A stretch of 64,000 bases of DNA from Lytechinus pictus (Eukaryota), in the NCBI RefSeq assembly GCF_037042905.1, contig NC_087251.1, forward strand, positions 6,016,001-6,080,000, in the 5' to 3' direction. Both the position numbers and the translations under genes were made by a program. Numbering within the stretch: position 1 is the first letter of the stretch; every line of letters begins with the position of its first letter. Below are positions 59,201 through 64,000 of this stretch, one piece after another. The notes under the pieces are model-generated. The model made no database searches. It was not told where the DNA came from and saw only the letters and a list, made by a program, of their open reading frames with translations.

Positions 59201-62200
59201 CAAAGTATGACAGCTTCGGTCTCGTCTTTGATTGAATTTTTATCAGTTTCAATATTTTTATAAACATTAATTTATTTTTTTCTTCATAAAATGTGGGAAC
59301 ATTTTAAGCTAAACACAGTTCAAAAGTGTAGTTGAATTACGTATTGCTGTAATCGATCGTGATTGTAATCGGACGTAGATGTAATTGTTTTGTATTTAAA
59401 AAAAGAAAAAGACAATACATAAATTAATTCCTTGTGACAGACAAAGTAATGGTAAAGCATATTTCACCTTCTGAAATTTTCATATTAAGATAAAAGATAA
59501 ATAAATAAGAGATGAAGGAATGAGGGTAGAAAAAACAGAAAAGATAAAAATTCAAACCAAATCAATGCATGTTCCCTGATCGCGTTCCGGAAATGGTTGG
59601 TACGGTAAGGAAAGTTGAAACAGGAAGTCCAAACAACCTGCTCTCAGTTGCTATTATACAGGTAAAATTTGTATTCCGAATTCGAAACGTTTTTCCATTG
59701 TCAATATTTTCTAAAAAGTGGTTTAATCTGGTCAATTACTGAAAATGAAAGGATAAATTATCAGTTCCATCTTGGTTCTGAAGATCGACGCCGAGTGATT
59801 TCACAACACTAAAATACACAGTAGAGTCCCATGTACTCATTTTCGTGTTGGAAATATGTTTGAAGTCGCGTAGCGTTGATCTTTCTGGACCAAGAATGGA
59901 CTGATATTTTATCTTTTTAAAGTAATTGATTGACCAGATTTAACCACTTTTCAGAAAATAGGGACTTTCTAAAACATTTCATATTCTTTGGAATGTGAAT
60001 TTTACCAGTATAATAACAGTTGAGTGGAGGTTGTTTGTCTACTGTTTCGACATTCTCGATTAACAATTTCCAATCGGAGAAGCTGCGTGCAGCGTTTGCA
60101 ATGACATTGTAATCGATCATGATCATAGCCACATGAAATAATCATGAAAAAATATATGATCTTTGTAATTCCATTTCTGTCCTGATTCATTCATTATCAA
60201 TATTTTTTCTTTGTTTTTTTTATTTCATTTTAAAAATGAAAGTAGAAATGACTGTTATTTTTGTTTAAAGATTAAAATAAATAAAAGAAAGTTATGCAAC
60301 AATTTTTATAACTATTCTTTTTAGAAACAAAATTTATTATAAATATATGACAGATCTTTGTCAAGATTAACTGTTCGAGGGTCGGCATTTCCTTCTTTTA
60401 TGTTAATAATATAATTTAGGCATTAAATTGCCGAACCCTGCCGAACCGAACCCGAACATGCCGCCTGACTTGCAGCACTACCGTGGCGTCTGTCGTCTTT
60501 TGTCCGTCCACAATTTCAAAATGCTTCTTCGTTTCAAGTCCGATTTCATTTCTGTTTGCTTTATATGATAGCACTAGGTGGGGGATTCAAAACTTCTTCA
60601 CAGAATTTAGAAACTCATTAAATATACTAATCTATGCGATTTTTCCAAATAATGTTGACCAATTTTGATTTTTTGCTTCCATCTGGTAAAGCTTTATGAG
60701 GTTCACCAAACTTCTACACAGAATTTTGAGAAAAAAAATTGAAGAAAATTTTTATGCTAATTTATGCGAAATCAATTTATGCATATTTTTCAAAATTCAC
60801 ATTAAATGATGCTTCTTCTTTATTTGTCGACCGATTTTGATTTTTTTCCCCATCTGGTAGAGCTTCATGAGGTTCACCAAACATGTACACAGAATTTTGA
60901 AATTTTGACTAGAAAATTACTTATGCTAATTTATGCGAAATTTATTCATAATCACAAATTTATATTTATTTATTTCATTTCCAGGCAAGAAAGCATGACA
61001 GCAATATAAACATTACAAAAGAAGTGTAAAATTGAGCACCAGCCAATGCCTGGGGATCACCTAAAAGAATTGAAAATTCTGTCGAGAGGTTCTCCACATT
61101 GGCTGGTGCCTACGTGGAATAACACAAAATAGCAATAAATTTAAACATGTAATTACAATACTTCTATATAAATTAACCTTCATCATAATATGAAGAGAGA
61201 GACAAAAAACAAATGCATGTTGGCCAATTTTTTTTTCTTTTCTCCATCTGGTAGAGCTCCATGAGGGTCACCAAACTTTCACACATAATTTAGAAATTTC
61301 GAGAAGAAAATTATTTATGCTAATTTACGCAAAATGTATTCATAAATCTCAGTAAATGCCTCTTCTTTATTTGTAGACCGATTTTGATTTTTTTTTCATC
61401 TGGTACAGCTGCATTTGACTAGAAAAATATGCTAATTGATGTGAAATTAAATTATGCGTATTTTTCAAAATTCACATAAAATGCTTCTTTATTTGTTGGT
61501 TTATTTTTTTTCCATCTGGTGTAGCTGCATGAGGTTCACCACAGTTCTACACAGAATTTTGAAATGTTTACTAGAAAGTTATTTTTGCTAATTAAAGTGA
61601 AATTTATTCCTAAATCGCAGAAAATGCCTCTTCTTTATTTGTTAAGCGATTTTGATTTTTTTTTCTTCAAACTGGTAGAGCTGCTTGAGGTTCACCAAAC
61701 CTGTACATAGAATTTTGACTAGAAAATTACTTATGCTTATTTATGCAAAATTTATTCATAAACGCATCTTTATTTTGTTGGCCAGTTTTATTTTTTTTTT
61801 CATCCATCTAGTAGAGCTACATGAGGGTCATCAAACTTCCACACAGAATTTTGAATTTTTGACTAAAACATGCTAATTTATGCAAAATTTATTCATGAAT
61901 CACAAAAAATTCCTTTTCTCCTTCATTTGTTGATCAATTTCCATTTTCTTTGCTTTACATGATAGATGGGGATACAAAATTTCTACACAGAATTTTGAAA
62001 CTCATTGAATATGCTAATTTATGCATATTTTTCCAAACTAAAAAAATGCTTCTTATTTGTTGACCGATTTTGATTTTTTTTGTTCCATCTGAGATCTACA
62101 TGAGGTTCACCATGGTTCTACACAGAATTTAGAAATTTTGACTAGAAAATTATTTATGTTTATTATACAAAATTTATTCATAAATCACAAAAAATTATTA

Positions 62201-63283
62201 TTTGACATTTATTCATCAATTTCAATTCTGTTTCCTCAATTTATGTCACCAATATAATTCACTAGTTGTGTCAACTGGGCTGAAATTAAAAATTGTATTA
62301 AATTTCTTTGTGAGATGCCAGATGAGCTCTACATCATTGATGTGCTAGTTAATGTTATAACCTTCAAAGTACATGTAAATGGATCAGTTTCATGAAGCTT
62401 GGACATAAGGGTAAACGCATATCACTGATAAGTTTGCATTAGTTTCAGGTCACATGATTAAAGTCAAAGGTCATTTGAGGTCAACAAACTTAGTATTTTA
62501 TTTAAATATTTTTTCTTCATCTTAGTGGCTTTCAAAGAAAGCACTGCTGCTATATTTAATATTTTAATGCAGGCAAAGCTGCCATTGGTGTTCCACTGTT
62601 TTTCCATTCAAAAGATTAATTTTCTATAAATGAAATGAATAATTAAGACATTTATAATTGTTGGACGGACAGGTTTATACTTTCTGTGAGTCTTAGACTG
62701 GAAGCAAATTATACAGAGTAACAGTGGGTCTAATATATTCTGTTTTTGATGGATTGGCCAAAATTTGTTGTAGAGCGAAGTCAGTGAACTTTGAGAAGTC
62801 AAATTTGCATGAGAATTATCTCAGAAGAACCTCACAAAATTAACTTAAGTACCTGTGCTCCTACAAATGAAACCATATATGTAATAATTGATTTGCTTTA
62901 TTTTATTCATTGAGTGTAGAATGAGGGAATTAATTAATGTGAAGGGAAGGGAACGTCCATGCTTGGAAATTCTAGCAACTAAAACAATTATGAAAAAGAA
63001 AGCACAAATTTTGTTATTAAAAACTAAAGTAGATGTTGCCTAAAAAAGTTTGTGTGTGTGTTTATTAAGCTACATTGCCTGTTAACTATACTTTGATAAT
63101 AATCCAGTATAACAGCTAAAACAATATAATCTGGCTATATTTTGATTTCACAGTTATGGTGGTGGACGACCAGAACGACCTGCCTATGACAGCAGAGGAT
63201 CAGAGCGAGGCTATGAAAGAGGAGGCTTCGATCATGGGGGCTATGATAGAGGAAGCCGACGCTCCCCTCCTCCAAGACGCTAA
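47195..63283 (+). CDS. SRSF3/SRSF7 (RBP1/Rsf1)-like SR splicing factor; whole span, 4 coding exons, 921 nt, 306 aa
   Basis: RRM with RNP2 LYVGSL and the family signature W.ARNPPGFAFVEFE; RGG and RD/RS-rich tail; no zinc knuckle; exon phases 1, 2, 2 are consistent. Confidence 0.88.
51191..51541. mobile_element. Penelope-like retroelement deletion derivative with perfect 49-bp inverted ends
   Basis: 51191-51239 is the reverse complement of 51493-51541; arm translates DVVYGTPC (GIY-YIG VVY..PC-like); contains a hammerhead motif. Confidence 0.7.
51448..51488 (-). ncRNA. Minimal type I hammerhead ribozyme motif (Penelope type)
   Basis: ACUC-CUGAAGA-C-AGACAG UCAAC CUGUCC-GAAAC-GUC-GAGU: stem I ACUC/GAGU, conserved core, stem II GACAG/CUGUC, palindromic stem III. 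Confidence 0.72.
52414..53023 (+). CDS. SR gene exon 2 (RRM + RGG + RS region)
   Basis: ORF 52440-53087; acceptor ATCAG at 52413, donor CAG|GTATCG. Confidence 0.93.
54618..54791 (+). CDS. SR gene exon 3 (SPAFAAPPPPRGRDYGGRDY...GPSP)
   Basis: TGTAG acceptor, GTAATT donor; phase 2/2. Confidence 0.88.
55008..56674. mobile_element. TTAA-flanked long-TIR element (Kolobok-like)
   Basis: TTAA|AGGGAAATGAAACCTTTGGAACAAG ... CTTGTTCCAAAGGTTTCATTCTCCT|TTAA. Confidence 0.8.
55331..56416. mobile_element. Tc1/pogo-type non-autonomous element nested in the previous one
   Basis: TA|CCGTAAGTAACGGACTATAAACCGCACC ... GGTGCGGTTAATAGACCGTTACTTACAG|TA. Confidence 0.82.
56679..57249. mobile_element. TTAA-flanked MITE (Kolobok-like), sharing a TTAA with its neighbour
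   Basis: AGG..CAAGTCCACCCCA ... TGGGGTGGACTTGTCCT|TTAA. Confidence 0.75.
57282..57790. mobile_element. MITE with short TIR and 6-bp TSD AGTATG
   Basis: AGTATG|CAGACCTGCCA ... TGGCAGCTCTG|AGTATG. Confidence 0.7.
58731..60480. mobile_element. hAT-type non-autonomous element, 8-bp TSD CCGTGGCG
   Basis: Same termini as 22378-24181; perfect TSD. Confidence 0.85.
60960..61210 (-). mobile_element. Probable LINE 3'-end fragment (a shorter piece lies at ~900-953)
   Basis: Shared GCATGACAGCAATA.AAACATTACAA..GAA.TGTAAAATTGAGCACCAGCCAA next to a (TTTA)n tail. Confidence 0.45.
63154..63283 (+). CDS. SR gene last coding exon (YGGGRPERPAYDSRG...RRSPPPRR*)
   Basis: TTTCACAG acceptor; phase 2; TAA at 63281-63283. 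Confidence 0.88.
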
Positions 63284-63555
63284 ATTGCTTCATGTAAGAG
63301 AAATGAATTTGAAGAAGGAAATTATTTTCACAAATTCTGTAATATGGTCTAAAAATGTGACCAAAATTTGGTCAAAGTGTTTGATTATGCTGTTATCTGT
63401 TGTTTAATGTACATACATGATCATGGTGTTTGATGTTACTTGATTTTTTTTTCCATTGCCCTCTCTACGATCATTATGTTCTTATTGTACTGATTCCTAC
63501 TTTCCAGTTCAGAATAATCTTCTTTAAAAAAAAACTGATTTGAAAAGACTACGTA

Positions 63556-63667
63556 TAGTGGTGGACCGTGACCAGGAGGAGACAAAGCATTGGAGGGAAA
63601 AGCATTGTTCACAAACAATACAGTGCCCCTCCAATCATTGTCTCCTCCGGGTCACGGTCCGCCATTG
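63556..63667 (+). other. Long GC-rich RNA-like hairpin in the presumed 3'UTR of the SR gene
   Basis: GTGGTGGACCGTGACC/GGTCACGGTCCGCCAT, GGAGGAGACAA/TTGTCTCCTCC, ATTGGAGGG/CCCTCCAAT, GCATTGT/ACAGTGC. Confidence 0.75.
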
Positions 63668-64000
63668 ACTGCATAACATGCTTTTATGTGAGTTACTTTT
63701 AATTGCATCTTCCAAATACATTAATTTAATGAAATTTTCAGTCTTGAAAAAATGTGTAACTTGCGAATTTCATTTGTACTGTATATTGACATTTTAAACA
63801 TTTTTAAAAACTATTGATTGCATTATTTATTTCAAAATATGATATTCAGAAAGTTTACACAATGTAGGCTGTGAGACATTTCATTACTCAGTAAGAAAGT
63901 TACTAGCAACAGTTCATATAAGTCCTCTATGGATAAATCTTTATTAAAGAGAAATGCCAGTAGTTGCAGTAAACACTGATTTCATGAGAAAGTCTGTAAA

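Larger units (their letters stand above)
58688..62352 (+). mobile_element. Second HINE-like family with ~120-bp tandem units (CCATCTGGTAGAGC..GAGGTTCACCAAAC..CACAGAATTTT)
   Basis: 5' hairpin TCATCCGGCC..GGCCAGATGAGC, CGTC microsatellite, tandem array 60560-62230, 3' GCCAGATGAGC plus stem-loop. Confidence 0.65.
58275..62600 (+). mobile_element. Old, diverged HINE copy (opposite orientation) split by nested inserts
   Basis: Reverse complement of the TGACC tandem units at 58275-58680 and 62355-62500; degenerate GCACTGCTGCTATAT..ATGCAGG..TTCCACT end. Confidence 0.7.

Noticed and set aside
63556..63667. SECIS element
   Set aside because: No AUGA/GA quartet geometry and no in-frame UGA in the CDS

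Overview
This is AT-rich, repeat-dense animal genomic DNA; the repeat landscape looks echinoderm/sea-urchin-like, which is an inference. Two spliced genes lie head-to-head, about 7.7 kb apart. On the minus strand is WDR43/UTP5: 16 coding exons from 39450 down to 5827, all GT-AG and frame-consistent, 659 aa. On the plus strand is an SRSF3/SRSF7(RBP1)-like RRM + RGG/RS splicing factor: 4 coding exons, 47195-63283, 306 aa. The main non-coding signal is five intronic snoRNAs in WDR43, sense to the host. Two are near-identical H/ACA RNAs whose 3' pocket fits 18S U1347 (human numbering; SNORA4/snR83-type site). Three are near-identical C/D RNAs; their first guide fits 18S Gm1328, but their two antisense elements can also be drawn bracketing both known 18S ac4C sites (C1337 and C1842), a testable hypothesis. 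Other features: a ~110-nt GC-rich hairpin just downstream of the SR-gene stop, a Penelope-derived inverted element with a minimal hammerhead ribozyme, an AcademH-like relic with a RecQ-type helicase fragment, Helentron/HINE-like elements with DR1-motif tandem arrays, and deeply nested MITEs. rRNA sequences, numbering and family assignments were recalled from memory, not searched.
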